Assembly: GCA_963735595.1 (NCBI GenBank)
Contig: CAVTLK010000001.1
Span: 864,001-928,000, forward strand
Direction of reading: 5' to 3'
DNA: 64,000 nucleotides
From: an uncultured delta proteobacterium
GTDB lineage: Bacteria; Desulfobacterota; Zymogenia; Zymogenales; Zymogenaceae
How positions within the stretch are numbered: position 1 is the stretch's first letter; every line of letters begins with the position of its first letter. The notes under the pieces were generated by a model. It did not search any database. It saw only the letters and a list, made by a program, of their open reading frames with translations, and was not told where the DNA came from. Below, piece by piece: positions 20,607 to 30,825 of this stretch. A program made the position numbers and the translations under genes.

Positions 20607-21956
20607 ATGAAAAATACGACCGACCTGCCCGAAAATCCCATTGACCGACTGAAGGCCCGTGTCCCCTTTCTCTGGGTCAATGACAGGCTGGCGCGCGCCG
20701 GCGACGTGCTGCCCGGCCGCCGGCCCTCGCGCCGCGACCTGGAGGACGCCGCCGCCCGGCTCTCACGCTTCGCCCCCCTGATCGCCCGCCTCTTTCCCGA
20801 GACCGCGAAAGACGGCGGTTTGATCGAGTCCGATCTGGTGTGCGTCCCGAAGCTCAGGGACGAGCTGTCACGACGCTTTTCCGCCGATATCCGGGGAGAT
20901 CTGTGGCTGAAGGCCGATCACGCCCTGCCGGTGGCCGGCTCCGTCAAGGCGCGGGGCGGTGTCTATGAGGTGCTGGCATTCGCCGAACGGCTGGCCGTGC
21001 GCGAGGGGCTCTTTGCCACCTCCGACACGTACCTGAAGCTTGCCTCTCCCGAGATAAGGGGGCTGTTCTCGCGGTATACGATCGCGGTCGGCAGCACCGG
21101 CAACCTCGGGCTCTCCATCGGGATTACGGGGGTTGCACTCGGCTTTTCGGTGACCGTCCACATGTCCCGCGACGCCAAGGAATGGAAAAAACGGCTGCTG
21201 CGCGAAAAAGGGGTTACGGTCGTCGAACACGAGAGCGATTACTCGGCGGCCGTCAGCGCCGGCCGTGCCGCATCCGCCGGCGATCCGTTCACCTACTTCG
21301 TGGATGACGAAAACTCCGTGGACCTTTTCCTCGGATATTCGGTGGCGGCCCTCAGGCTTTCCGATCAATTGCGCGAGCGCGGGATTATTATCGGGCCGCG
21401 GCGGCCGCTGCTGGTTTATGTCCCCTGCGGGGTGGGCGGCGCGCCGGGCGGGATCACCTTCGGCCTCAAGCACGTCTTCGGCGATGATGTCCACTGCTTC
21501 TTCGCCGAGCCCACGGAGTCCCCATCGTTCATGCTGGGGATGCTCACGGGATTCGATCGGCCCGTTCCGGTCTACGAAATCGGCCTTACCAACAGCACCC
21601 AGGCGGACGGCCTGGCCGTCCCTACCGCGTCACTCCTTGCCGGGTCGGTCATCGGGGACCTCGTCTCGGGCTGCCTGACGGTCAGCGACGATGATCTATT
21701 CCGCTTCGTCTATGCCCTGTTTACGACCGAGGGTATCGCCATCGAACCGTCGGCCGCCGCAGGTATCGCCGGCCCCCTTCTCCTCTTTACCCGCGGGCAG
21801 GCATCGGTATATCTCAGCGAGCACGGGATTACCGATTGCCCGGACCGGGCCGTTCACCTCGTCTGGACGACCGGGGGCCGGCTCGTACCGTCCGAACAAT
21901 TCGATGCCTTCATGATTCGCGGAAAGTCACTGTATTCAGGTCACGAAGAACGGTGA
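20607..21956 (+). CDS. dsdA: D-serine ammonia-lyase
   Basis: LPVAGSVKARGG, GSTGNLGLSIG, PCGVGGAPGG, EPSAAAG, WTTGG. Confidence 0.95.
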   Translation: MKNTTDLPENPIDRLKARVPFLWVNDRLARAGDVLPGRRPSRRDLEDAAARLSRFAPLIARLFPETAKDGGLIESDLVCVPKLRDELSRRFSADIRGDLWLKADHALPVAGSVKARGGVYEVLAFAERLAVREGLFATSDTYLKLASPEIRGLFSRYTIAVGSTGNLGLSIGITGVALGFSVTVHMSRDAKEWKKRLLREKGVTVVEHESDYSAAVSAGRAASAGDPFTYFVDDENSVDLFLGYSVAALRLSDQLRERGIIIGPRRPLLVYVPCGVGGAPGGITFGLKHVFGDDVHCFFAEPTESPSFMLGMLTGFDRPVPVYEIGLTNSTQADGLAVPTASLLAGSVIGDLVSGCLTVSDDDLFRFVYALFTTEGIAIEPSAAAGIAGPLLLFTRGQASVYLSEHGITDCPDRAVHLVWTTGGRLVPSEQFDAFMIRGKSLYSGHEER

Positions 21957-22007
21957 TTGTGCTGCAGGCATTAACACGCGGAAGGCGGCCGTTGCCGTTT
22001 TTCGGGC

Positions 22008-22033
22008 AAAAAAAAGGGGCCTTTCGGCCCCTT
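22008..22033 (-). terminator. terminator after tRNA-Met
   Basis: minus strand GGGGCC-GAAA-GGCCCC then T run. Confidence 0.8.
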
Positions 22034-22044
22034 CATTCACATAG

Positions 22045-22121
22045 TGGTGGCGGTGCAGGGAATTGAACCCCGGACACTGCGGATATGAGCCGCATGCTCT
22101 AACCATCTGAGCTACACCGCC
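22045..22121 (-). tRNA. tRNA-Met (CAT), elongator type, CCA encoded
   Basis: GGCGGTGTAGCTCAGATGGTTAGAGCATGCGGCTCATATCCGCAGTGTCCGGGGTTCAATTCCCTGCACCGCCACCA, 77-nt cloverleaf with paired first base. Confidence 0.95.
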
Positions 22122-23723
22122 CTAGAAATTCAACTCGTATACCAGGACCCCGCTTTTGGCCGGTATCAGCGCCGTCATCTCCGTCGAATAGACAACCGCC
22201 ACGACCAGCTCATCGATGCCGTCGGAGTCTATATCTTTGACCTGGAAGTCGGCGGTATATCCCTCTATGAGACGTGAGCGCCAGTTCTCGGACATGTTAA
22301 TACCGTCCCACTGGAGGTTATATATTTCGCTGGTCTCATAGAGCCGGAACTTCGGCAGCAGGTTCATGGTCTTGGAGATATTCTTGGGGACAAGCACCTC
22401 CACGACATTATCATGGTTCAGGTCCGTTATCAGAACCCGCCCGGTAATATAGATATCGCCGGTCCCGGCCATATCCGCGCTGACTCCCCCGGGCTTTTTC
22501 TCTTCCTTCTCGGTGGTGCTGAAGTAGTTTAAGGTGCCGCTCCAGTATTCCTTGCTTAACCACCTCACACCGCCGCTCATATCCCTGACCTCGAGATGGT
22601 TACCGCCGGTCACGCGCGCTATTTCGGGCACACCTTCATTGGTAATGTTAGCCGGCAACGTAATCCCGAATACCCCCATTCCCTCGGGAAGATCGACGGT
22701 TGTGCCCTCGACGTAGCCTCCCCTGCTGATCTCGACCCTATGGATGCTTCCGTAGAAGGGTTCGTCCATCCCCATCTTCTGGCACAGGAGGAGCACTTCC
22801 TTACCGGGGAGCTTGAAGGCGCGGAAATAGAGCGGGATATTCTTGTCGATTCGCACAAATTCCTTCTTGGTCGTATCGAATTCCACGACCAGAGAGGCCA
22901 GCCTTCCCTTGTCCACGTTCGTTATGAACACCTCGGCCTTGCCGTTCTTATTCAGATCCAATACATCCAGGGACAGGAAGTTGTTGGCGCCGCGCCCCTT
23001 GAAGTTTGCGAAGAGCTCGAATTCTTCCTTGCCCCGTTTGTAAACCCACAGCTCGTTCCTATCGATCACAATACATTCGTTGACTCCGTCGCCATCAACG
23101 TCACCGACGTCAACCCCCTTTATCTGGATATCCCAGAAGGGGCTCTTGCGGAAGTCGGACTTGCTCATCAGGTCGCGGGTCGCAAAGATAAAATTGGGGT
23201 TTTCAACCTGTTCGCCCATATAACCTGCCACTCCCTCCCTGGGGATATAGCCGAGTATCTTGAAGTTCATGTTCCGGGCAAACTCATTGATCTTCGGGAT
23301 GAGGGCGTCTAACCCGCTGCCCTGCGCGAAGACCGCGGTGGATTGTTCCTTCTTGGCTACGTTGAACATCTTGGCATCAATGGAAAACGCCTCTCCAAGC
23401 TTCGTCAGGGAGCCGAGGATAACGTAATCAGCACCGAGCCTCCTGCCCAGAGATTCGGCATTCTCGACGGTCATCGCGGTCTCGTAGTCTTTCCCGAGGG
23501 CGCGCACGACGGTCGATCGCTCGAGGATTGCTATATTTTCGTCGACAGAGAGGCGGGACGCGATCATATCGTAGATTGCGCCTTCAAGATAGTCGAGTTT
23601 TTCCGGGCTGTTGATCTTGAAGGGAATAATGGCAACCTTGGTCTTATCGGCACCAAAAGCCGCCAGAGGCAGAATCAGGCACACGATGAAAGCCAGGATG
23701 ATTGTTCGCCGGAATATTTTCAT
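22122..23723 (-). CDS. exported FG-GAP/VCBS-repeat protein with TolB-N-like domain
   Basis: signal peptide; KVAIIPF...GADYVILGS; GDVDGDG, DLNKNG, DLNHD, DIDSDG repeats. Confidence 0.8.
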   Translation of the reverse strand: MKIFRRTIILAFIVCLILPLAAFGADKTKVAIIPFKINSPEKLDYLEGAIYDMIASRLSVDENIAILERSTVVRALGKDYETAMTVENAESLGRRLGADYVILGSLTKLGEAFSIDAKMFNVAKKEQSTAVFAQGSGLDALIPKINEFARNMNFKILGYIPREGVAGYMGEQVENPNFIFATRDLMSKSDFRKSPFWDIQIKGVDVGDVDGDGVNECIVIDRNELWVYKRGKEEFELFANFKGRGANNFLSLDVLDLNKNGKAEVFITNVDKGRLASLVVEFDTTKKEFVRIDKNIPLYFRAFKLPGKEVLLLCQKMGMDEPFYGSIHRVEISRGGYVEGTTVDLPEGMGVFGITLPANITNEGVPEIARVTGGNHLEVRDMSGGVRWLSKEYWSGTLNYFSTTEKEEKKPGGVSADMAGTGDIYITGRVLITDLNHDNVVEVLVPKNISKTMNLLPKFRLYETSEIYNLQWDGINMSENWRSRLIEGYTADFQVKDIDSDGIDELVVAVVYSTEMTALIPAKSGVLVYELNF

Positions 23724-23956
23724 ACCGTTCCCCACAGAGTGTTTGGAAAAACAATTCTTTCTTTGTACCATCCAACCGCTCTAAAGTCAAGCAAATTATG
23801 GGAAACCCGGGCGCGTCCTTCCCCAGGGTCAGCCGTGCGCATCCGGGATGCGCGCATTTCCAGCCTGTCGAGAGATGGTATTTGAGGGATGCCGCCGTGG
23901 CCCAGGCGGTTTCGTACGGTATACGTCATGGATACCATCGTTGATTTGGACCGGCT

Positions 23957-24496
23957 TTACTTCGAGAGCCGCCCCTCAAAAGCACGGGTAAGTATCGGAG
24001 CGAGGAGTCCCGCAATGAGGGCCGATATGCCGGCCTGAGCGAGGTTGAAAGGAAGCTCGGCCGTCGGCGGTGCCCAGTCCAGCCCAAAGATGACGTACTC
24101 GGCGCCGAAATAACCCGCCGCCATCCAGAGCCCGGCGACAACGAAAGACCCGAAGGCCAACAGCGCGCCGGGCGCCGTCTTGGGGTCGGCCCGAAACACG
24201 CGGATCAACAGGCCGGCGATCAATCCCTCGATGCCCTTGATGACGAGCGTCCAGGGAGCAAACTGGGCAAATCCCCCGATAACGTCGGCCAGCGCCGACC
24301 CCACTCCGCCCACGACCATTCCGGAAACGGGCCCCAGGAGGACTGACGTAATGAAGATGATCGTATCCCCCAGGTTAAAGTAGCCACCCGTTGCCGGGAT
24401 CGGGAGCCGGACGACGATCGTCGCCACGACGACGAGGGCGCAAAAAAGGGCCAGCAGTGAAATGTTCCTGGGAGACAGGTAGTGTTGCTTTTTCAT
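23957..24496 (-). CDS. ECF transporter S component
   Basis: P..GGYFNLGD, GSALAD, APWTLVIKG.EG, NLAQ. Confidence 0.88.
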   Translation of the reverse strand: MKKQHYLSPRNISLLALFCALVVVATIVVRLPIPATGGYFNLGDTIIFITSVLLGPVSGMVVGGVGSALADVIGGFAQFAPWTLVIKGIEGLIAGLLIRVFRADPKTAPGALLAFGSFVVAGLWMAAGYFGAEYVIFGLDWAPPTAELPFNLAQAGISALIAGLLAPILTRAFEGRLSK

Positions 24497-24705
24497 CGGA
24501 TTATACCTTCAGAGCCAGTGGAAATGATGATATCCATCGCGCCTATGGAGCGATAGTATAGTATAATACTCCGTACCTGAAAAGATATTTAGTTCGTCCG
24601 CCGGCAAACCGGGCGTGGGGTACAGGCGGCAAACCGCGAAAAAAAACGGCGTCCAACAGGAACCGCCGACAAGATAACTCCCCCCGGAAGGACGAACGGC
24701 CGATA

Positions 24706-24939
24706 CTACGCGTACCCGCGTTCCTTTTCCACCACCCGAATCGCGATGAGGCCGATGTAGAGGTCGCGCATCTCGGATATCGACACGACCTTCATGGCGG
24801 TGCGGACCCCGATGCCCCTGACCACCTGATCCTTGAACATGCAGATATCCGACGGCCCGAAACCGGCCAACTCATCCACCTTGGTAAGGATCTCCTGATG
24901 GTTGATTCGGATGAAGTTCTTGAGGTTTTGCGTCTTCAT
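24706..24939 (-). CDS. hypothetical protein, 77 aa
   Basis: ATG ORF in otherwise empty interval, host-like codon usage, GGAG upstream. Confidence 0.55.
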   Translation of the reverse strand: MKTQNLKNFIRINHQEILTKVDELAGFGPSDICMFKDQVVRGIGVRTAMKVVSISEMRDLYIGLIAIRVVEKERGYA

Positions 24940-25095
24940 GGTCTGCTATAGCTCCGATGGCTACTGGAGTTACTATATCATATACGGCATCTTCATTCAA
25001 TGAATAAATCGTATCATTTGTATCATATGGGGGCACCCATTTGCCGGCCCCGCAAACATCTTGAAAATCGGCCGCCGTTCTGGTACCCTTATTGA

Positions 25096-27066
25096 ATGAA
25101 GAAGTATATCCTGAAGAAGGCCGAAACGGGACCCGCCCCCTCGTTTACCATCCCGTATGAAAAGGAGCTAAACGAACACCAGCTTTCGGCCGTCACGTTC
25201 GGCGGCGGCCCCAGCCTCGTTATCGCCGGTGCCGGCAGCGGCAAGACCCGCACGCTCGTCTACCGGGTCGCCCGGCTTATCGAATCGGGGGTCTCGCCCG
25301 CTTCCATCCTCCTGTTGACCTTCACCCGCAAGGCCGCCCGCCAGATGCTCGACCGGGCGGCGGCCCTGGTGGGGGGGCAGACCGAGAAGGTCGCCGGCGG
25401 CACCTTTCATTCGTTTGCCTCCCAGATCCTCAGGGAATATGCCGGGGCCGTCGGCTTTTCGGCCTCGTTTACGATCCTCGACCGCGCCGACGGGGAGGAC
25501 ATCATCAACCTCATCCGGGGAAGGCTCGGGCTTGCCGACCGCGAGCGGCGTTTTCCAAGGAAAGATACCATCGGCGAGATCTTCAGCAAGGCGGTCAACC
25601 GCGCCGTACCCGTGGCCTCCGTTGTCAGCCAGGAATACCCCCACTTCTCCCACGAGACGGAAAAGCTCCTGGAGATACTGGCCGCCTATACCGAGTATAA
25701 ACAGGCCCACATGCTCATGGACTACGACGACCTGCTGGTCCACCTCGTCAGGCTCCTCGATGGACACGAGGGCATCCGGGAGACGCTCGCGAAGCGGTTT
25801 CGATACATCCTCGTCGACGAGTACCAGGATACCAACGGCCTGCAGGCCCGGATCGTCGAGCTTCTGGCCGGCGGCGCCGGCAACGTCATGGCGGTCGGGG
25901 ACGATTCGCAGAGCATCTATTCGTTCCGGGGGGCCCATTTCAAGAACATCATGGATTTCCCGACCCTCTTTCCGAACGCCTCGGTTATCAAGCTCGAGGA
26001 AAACTACCGGAGCACCCAGTCGATCCTCAACCTGGCAAACGTCATCATAGACCGCGCCCGGGAGAAATATACGAAGATCCTCTGGACCAAAAAGGGCGTC
26101 GGGATGCTGCCGGCCCTCGTGCCGCTGCCGGACGAGCCGTCCCAGTCGCGGTTCGTCGCCCAGCGGATACTCGACCTCAGGGAGGAAGGGGTGCCGCTGA
26201 CCGATATCTGTGTGCTGTTCCGGGCGGGCTTTAACTCCTTTGACCTGGAAATAGAGCTCAAGAAACGCAACATCCCCTTCATCAAGCACGGCGGGTTCAA
26301 GTTCATGGAGACGGCGCACGTCAAGGACATCGTCTCCCACATCAAGGTGCTCATCAATCCCAGGGATGCGGTCGGGCTGAAACGGGTATTGATGCTGGTG
26401 GAAAACGTCGGGCCGCGTGCCGAAGAGGCCATCACGGCTTCGATCCTCGACGCCCCCGGCATAACCGACGGCCTTGCCCCGTTCATCGGCGACCGGCGGT
26501 TCGGGGAGGGGATCGGCCGGCTCTCCCGGGCGCTGGCCTCCCTGGAAGGCCGTGACGTCGGCCCCGCCGAGGCCGTGGAGCGGCTCCTGGATTATTACAC
26601 CCCCATCGCCAAGAAGAGGTACGACGACCACCCCAAGCGGCTGGAAGACCTCGATCATCTGGCGATCATCGCCCGTAAGTACCGGTCGATCGAGTCGTTC
26701 CTGACCGACATGGCGCTCGAGCCGCCGTCCGACAGCATCTCCGATATACTCCGGGAGGACCCCGACCCGGAGCGGCTCATCCTCTCCACGATCCATTCGG
26801 CCAAGGGGCTCGAATGGCATTCGGTCTTTATCATCTGGGCGGCGGAGGGTTATTTTCCCACCACCTACGCGGCCGAATCGGCCGACGACCTGGAAGAGGA
26901 GCTGCGCCTCATGTACGTCGCGGCCACGCGGGCAAAGGAAAACCTTACGATCACCTACCCCATAAAGATCATCACCCACCGCGGCCCGGCGTTCGGCCGC
27001 CCCTCCCGGTTCATCGAGGGGATCGGCGAGGATATCCTGGAGACCTGGGCCGTGGAGGAGGAGTAA
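25096..27066 (+). CDS. UvrD/Rep-family ATP-dependent helicase
   Basis: AGAGSGKT, TFT, VDEYQD, VGDDSQSIYSFRGA, NYRS, STIHSAKGLE, YVAATRA. Confidence 0.95.
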   Translation: MKKYILKKAETGPAPSFTIPYEKELNEHQLSAVTFGGGPSLVIAGAGSGKTRTLVYRVARLIESGVSPASILLLTFTRKAARQMLDRAAALVGGQTEKVAGGTFHSFASQILREYAGAVGFSASFTILDRADGEDIINLIRGRLGLADRERRFPRKDTIGEIFSKAVNRAVPVASVVSQEYPHFSHETEKLLEILAAYTEYKQAHMLMDYDDLLVHLVRLLDGHEGIRETLAKRFRYILVDEYQDTNGLQARIVELLAGGAGNVMAVGDDSQSIYSFRGAHFKNIMDFPTLFPNASVIKLEENYRSTQSILNLANVIIDRAREKYTKILWTKKGVGMLPALVPLPDEPSQSRFVAQRILDLREEGVPLTDICVLFRAGFNSFDLEIELKKRNIPFIKHGGFKFMETAHVKDIVSHIKVLINPRDAVGLKRVLMLVENVGPRAEEAITASILDAPGITDGLAPFIGDRRFGEGIGRLSRALASLEGRDVGPAEAVERLLDYYTPIAKKRYDDHPKRLEDLDHLAIIARKYRSIESFLTDMALEPPSDSISDILREDPDPERLILSTIHSAKGLEWHSVFIIWAAEGYFPTTYAAESADDLEEELRLMYVAATRAKENLTITYPIKIITHRGPAFGRPSRFIEGIGEDILETWAVEEE

Positions 27067-27145
27067 CCGCGCGTGTGAAACCCGGGGCGCCGCCGCGGCC
27101 CCCGTACGGCGAGCTAACGAACCGTCCCCGCACCCGGAGGAGCGC

Positions 27146-28705
27146 ATGAAAGACGATCTCTCAACCACGCTTCCGAGCCTGACCGTCTCGGACCGGCCCC
27201 TTTCGGCCGTGGACACGCCCGCGCTTGTGATCGGCCTGTTCGGAAAGACCCGCGACCTTACCCCGGCCGTGAAAGCCCTGGACGAGGCCGTCGGCGGGAA
27301 GATCACGGCGGTCGTCGATTCCGGCGATTTTTCGGGCAAGACCGACGAGACGGCGCTGCTCTACCTCGATGCCTCCGGCGGTCCCCGGCGGATATGCCTT
27401 GCGGGGCTCGGAAAACGGGAGCGGTTCGGCCCCGGGCGTTTGAAGTCGGCGGCGGCCGCCGCCGCCAGGCGCCTCAAGGGCCTCGGGGTCGGCACGATCG
27501 CGCTTGCGTACGACCTGGCGGCCGACACCGGCCTTCCCGGGCCTGACGCGGCCCGCGAGGTGTTTATCGGCGCCGCCCTCGGGGCCTACTCCTTTTCGGC
27601 ACTCAAGAAGAACGGGGACAAGAAAAAGGCCGTCGACCGGATCGTCATCTGCGGCGACCCGTCCGTCATGGCCGACGGCCCGCGCCACGGCCGTATCATC
27701 GCCGATTCGGTCTACCTGGCCCGCGACCTCTCCAACACCCCGGCAAACCTCATGACGCCGACGATCCTGGCCGGCCGGGCGCGCGAGGCCGCCGGGAAGG
27801 CCGGGCTGGCCGTTGAGGTCTTCGGCCCCGACGAGATCGCCCGCCTCAAGATGGGCGCGCTCCTGGGCGTGGCCCGGGGAAGCGCCGAGCCGCCCGCCCT
27901 GGTCGTGATTAAGTACCTGCCGGCGGGCCACGAAAAGGACCCAATCGCCCTGGTCGGCAAGGGGATCACGTTCGACAGCGGCGGGATATCGATCAAGCCG
28001 GCCGAGAACATGGGCGCGATGAAGAGCGACATGAGCGGCGCCGCGGCGGTGTTAGCGGCCGTGGCCGCGGCCGCCCGCATGAAGCTCCCGGTCGGCATCG
28101 TCGCCGTGATCCCCGCCGCCGAAAACATGCCGGGGCCGGCCGCCACCAAGCCGGGCGACGTGCTCACCGCCATGGACGGCACCACAATCGAGGTCATCAC
28201 CACCGACGCGGAGGGGAGGCTCGTCCTGGCCGACGGTATCGCGTACGCCAAACGGTTTGACCCCGCGTTCATCCTGGACATCGCCACGCTTACGGGGTCG
28301 GTCGTCATCGCGCTGGGCCGGCGGGTCGCGGGCCTCTACTCGTCGACCGACGACCTTCTCGAACGCGTCCGGGAGGCCTCCCGCGCCGCGGGAGAAGACG
28401 TCTGGCCGATGCCGCTGTTTGACCACTACTTCGAGCAGATCAAGGGGGACGTCGCCGACCTCAAGAACGCCGGGAGCCGGGATGGCGGCAGCATCACCGC
28501 CGCGGCCTTTCTCAAGCGGTTCGCCGGAGAAGCGGTCCCCTGGGCGCACCTGGATATCGCCGGGACCGCCCGCTCCGATAAGGAGTACGGCTGGGTGACC
28601 AAGGGCGCCACCGGTTGGGGCGTCATGACCCTCGTCGAGCTGTTGGAGCGCCACCGGCCGGGCACGGGTCAGCGCCCCAAAAATCACGATCGAATGAAAA
28701 AGTGA
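27146..28705 (+). CDS. pepA: leucyl aminopeptidase (M17)
   Basis: GKGITFDSGG, MKSDMSGAA, TDAEGRLVLAD, ATLTG, HLDIAG. Confidence 0.95.
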   Translation: MKDDLSTTLPSLTVSDRPLSAVDTPALVIGLFGKTRDLTPAVKALDEAVGGKITAVVDSGDFSGKTDETALLYLDASGGPRRICLAGLGKRERFGPGRLKSAAAAAARRLKGLGVGTIALAYDLAADTGLPGPDAAREVFIGAALGAYSFSALKKNGDKKKAVDRIVICGDPSVMADGPRHGRIIADSVYLARDLSNTPANLMTPTILAGRAREAAGKAGLAVEVFGPDEIARLKMGALLGVARGSAEPPALVVIKYLPAGHEKDPIALVGKGITFDSGGISIKPAENMGAMKSDMSGAAAVLAAVAAAARMKLPVGIVAVIPAAENMPGPAATKPGDVLTAMDGTTIEVITTDAEGRLVLADGIAYAKRFDPAFILDIATLTGSVVIALGRRVAGLYSSTDDLLERVREASRAAGEDVWPMPLFDHYFEQIKGDVADLKNAGSRDGGSITAAAFLKRFAGEAVPWAHLDIAGTARSDKEYGWVTKGATGWGVMTLVELLERHRPGTGQRPKNHDRMKK

Positions 28706-28753
28706 TTGACATTCACCTCGTTTTTCTCTATAAGTCGGTATAAAGTATACCGA
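28706..28753 (+). promoter_or_regulatory. promoter plus palindromic operator of acyl-CoA ligase
   Basis: TTGACA (28706-28711), 17 nt, TATAAG (28729-28734), then TCGGTATA-AAG-TATACCGA (28735-28753). Confidence 0.75.
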
Positions 28754-28881
28754 TCGTCCGGGCTCACCCGGTTACCTCTCACCTCCCCGAACCGCCGGTT
28801 GCCGCTTGTTTTTCCCCGTCGTCCCGCTGACGATCGGACGCTCATATTTTTCATTCCACGATACCCATAAGGGAGGACTTA

Positions 28882-30558
28882 ATGAAAGACAAGCTATGGT
28901 TCAAATCGTACGCCCCCGGTGTCCCCAAGACCATCAACTACGAGAAGTTGCTGGTGAGCGAGGCCCTGACCCGATCCGCCAAGAAGTACCCCAACAATAC
29001 CGCCTTGAACTACATGGGGAACCGGATTACCTATAAGCAGCTTGACGGCATGGTCAACCAGTTTGCCAAGGCCCTCACGGCCCTCGGCGTGAAGAAGGGC
29101 GACAAGGTCGCGGTATGCCTCCCGAACCTCCCTCAGACGGTCATCGCCAACTTCGCGACCCTGCGCATCGGCGCGGTAGCCGCCCAGAATAACCCGCTCT
29201 ATACCGAGCGCGAGCTCCAGTACCAGCTCAACGATTCGGACGCCAAGGTCGTCATTACCCTGACGCTGTTGGTCCCCCGGATGGAAAAGATCATGAGCGG
29301 CACGAAGATCAAGAAGATCATCGGCTGCCACATCCACAGCTACCTCCCCTTCCCGAAAAAGCAGCTCTTCCCCTACGTCAAGAAGGCGATGGTGAAAAAC
29401 CTCGAAACGAGCGACACCATCATCCTGTTTGAGGACCTCATCAAGAAGTACGACACCTCGCCGGTGAAAGAGCAGGGAAAATGGGATGAGCTCTCAACCC
29501 TCATCTATACCGGCGGCACAACCGGCGTCGCAAAGGGGGTCATGCTCTCCCACAAGAACATCAGCTGCAACGTCCAGCAGTTCATCTCCTGGTTCACGGA
29601 CCTCGAGGAGGGCAAGGAGCGGCTCGTGGGGACGTTTCCGATCTTCCACTCGGCGGGCTACACGGCCGTCCAGAACTTCTTTACCTGGATGGGCTTCGAG
29701 CACCTGATGATACCCCGCCCCGAGCCCAAGGCGCTCATCGACCTGATCAAGAAATACAAACCCACCTTCATCCCCGGCGCCCCGACGATCTTCGTAGGGC
29801 TGCTGGCGGAACCTGAGTTCCGTAAACTGAACCTCAAGTTCGTCAAGGGGTTCTTCTCCGGCGCGGCGCCGCTGGCCGCCGATACCATCCGCGACCTCAA
29901 GGAGCTGACCGGCGCCACCATCTGCGAAGTCTACGGCTCCACCGAGACCACCCCGATTGCCACCGTCACCCCCTGGGGCGGGACGATCAAGCCGGGCACG
30001 GTCGGCATACCCGTTCCGGATACCGACGTGAAAATCGTGGACGCCGATGACTATAAAAAGGAAGTGAAACAGGGCCAGACCGGCGAGATCGCCATCAAGG
30101 GCCCCCAGATCATGATGGGTTACTACAAGAAGCCCGAGGAGACGGCCAAGGTCCTCAAGGACGGCTGGTACCTGACGGGCGATATCGGCATGTTCGATGA
30201 GGACGGCTACCTCTCGGTCGTCGACCGCAAGAAGGACATGATCATCGCCGCCGGCTACAACATCTACCCCATCGAGGTGGATAACGTCCTGTTCTCCCAC
30301 CCTGCCATCCTCGAGGCCTGCACCGTGGGCGTAAAGGACCCCTACCGCGGCGAGACGGTCAAGGCCTTCGTCGTGTGCAAGCCGGGCCAGGCCCTCACGG
30401 AGGCCGACGTCGTCGCGTTCTGCAAGCAGAACCTCGCGGCCTACAAGATCCCGCGGATCGTCGAGTTCATCCCCGAGCTCCCCAAGACCGCCGTTGGCAA
30501 GGTCCTGAGACGCGAGCTGCGCGACCGCGAGGACAAGAAGAACGCGGGCACGAAGTAA
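28882..30558 (+). CDS. long-chain fatty acid--CoA ligase
   Basis: YTGGTTGVAKG, YGSTE, TGD, DRKKD, PKTAVGK. Confidence 0.93.
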   Translation: MKDKLWFKSYAPGVPKTINYEKLLVSEALTRSAKKYPNNTALNYMGNRITYKQLDGMVNQFAKALTALGVKKGDKVAVCLPNLPQTVIANFATLRIGAVAAQNNPLYTERELQYQLNDSDAKVVITLTLLVPRMEKIMSGTKIKKIIGCHIHSYLPFPKKQLFPYVKKAMVKNLETSDTIILFEDLIKKYDTSPVKEQGKWDELSTLIYTGGTTGVAKGVMLSHKNISCNVQQFISWFTDLEEGKERLVGTFPIFHSAGYTAVQNFFTWMGFEHLMIPRPEPKALIDLIKKYKPTFIPGAPTIFVGLLAEPEFRKLNLKFVKGFFSGAAPLAADTIRDLKELTGATICEVYGSTETTPIATVTPWGGTIKPGTVGIPVPDTDVKIVDADDYKKEVKQGQTGEIAIKGPQIMMGYYKKPEETAKVLKDGWYLTGDIGMFDEDGYLSVVDRKKDMIIAAGYNIYPIEVDNVLFSHPAILEACTVGVKDPYRGETVKAFVVCKPGQALTEADVVAFCKQNLAAYKIPRIVEFIPELPKTAVGKVLRRELRDREDKKNAGTK

Positions 30559-30580
30559 CCGCCGCATAACAGAGTTGTAT

Positions 30581-30618
30581 AACAAAGCGGGTATTGGAAA
30601 ACCAATACCCGCTTTGTT
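30581..30618. terminator. terminator hairpin
   Basis: AACAAAGCGGGTATTGG-AAAA-CCAATACCCGCTTTGTT. Confidence 0.8.
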
Positions 30619-30663
30619 TCTTATATACGGATGCCGCGTGTGGTGTCCCTGCGACGTCATACC

Positions 30664-30756
30664 GTCATTGCGAGGAGCGAAGCGACGAAGCAATCCCCCG
30701 ACTGTCACCGTACAACTGGGGGATTGCCGCGCCCCCTATCGGGGGCTCGCAATGAC
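30664..30756. repeat. family A palindromic element, full length
   Basis: GTCATTGCGAGGAGCGAAGCGACGAAGCAATCCCC...GGGGATTGCC...CTCGCAATGAC. Confidence 0.85.
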
Positions 30757-30825
30757 AGTAGTTACTCGTTCCCTGCCCTCTCTCTTCCATCGGGGCCCCC
30801 ACGAAGCCTGCTTCGTGGGGTGATC

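Noticed and set aside
22045..22121. tRNA as integration site
   Set aside because: No duplicated tRNA 3' end noticed and no integrase; flanks are host-like
24497..24600. Riboswitch upstream of the ECF S component
   Set aside because: No recognisable TPP, FMN, cobalamin or other aptamer core by eye; an Rfam scan would settle it
25168..27339. 723-aa antisense ORF and similar long shadow ORFs (59750-61501, 48397-49788, 29494-30708, 17579-18523)
   Set aside because: They lie opposite well-supported genes, lack motifs, and are expected in GC-rich DNA
30575..30823. ORFs across palindromic repeats (also 42754-43050, 43142-43393, 54643-54876, 54873-55319)
   Set aside because: Peptides such as VIARS and RHCE are translations of family A or C repeats
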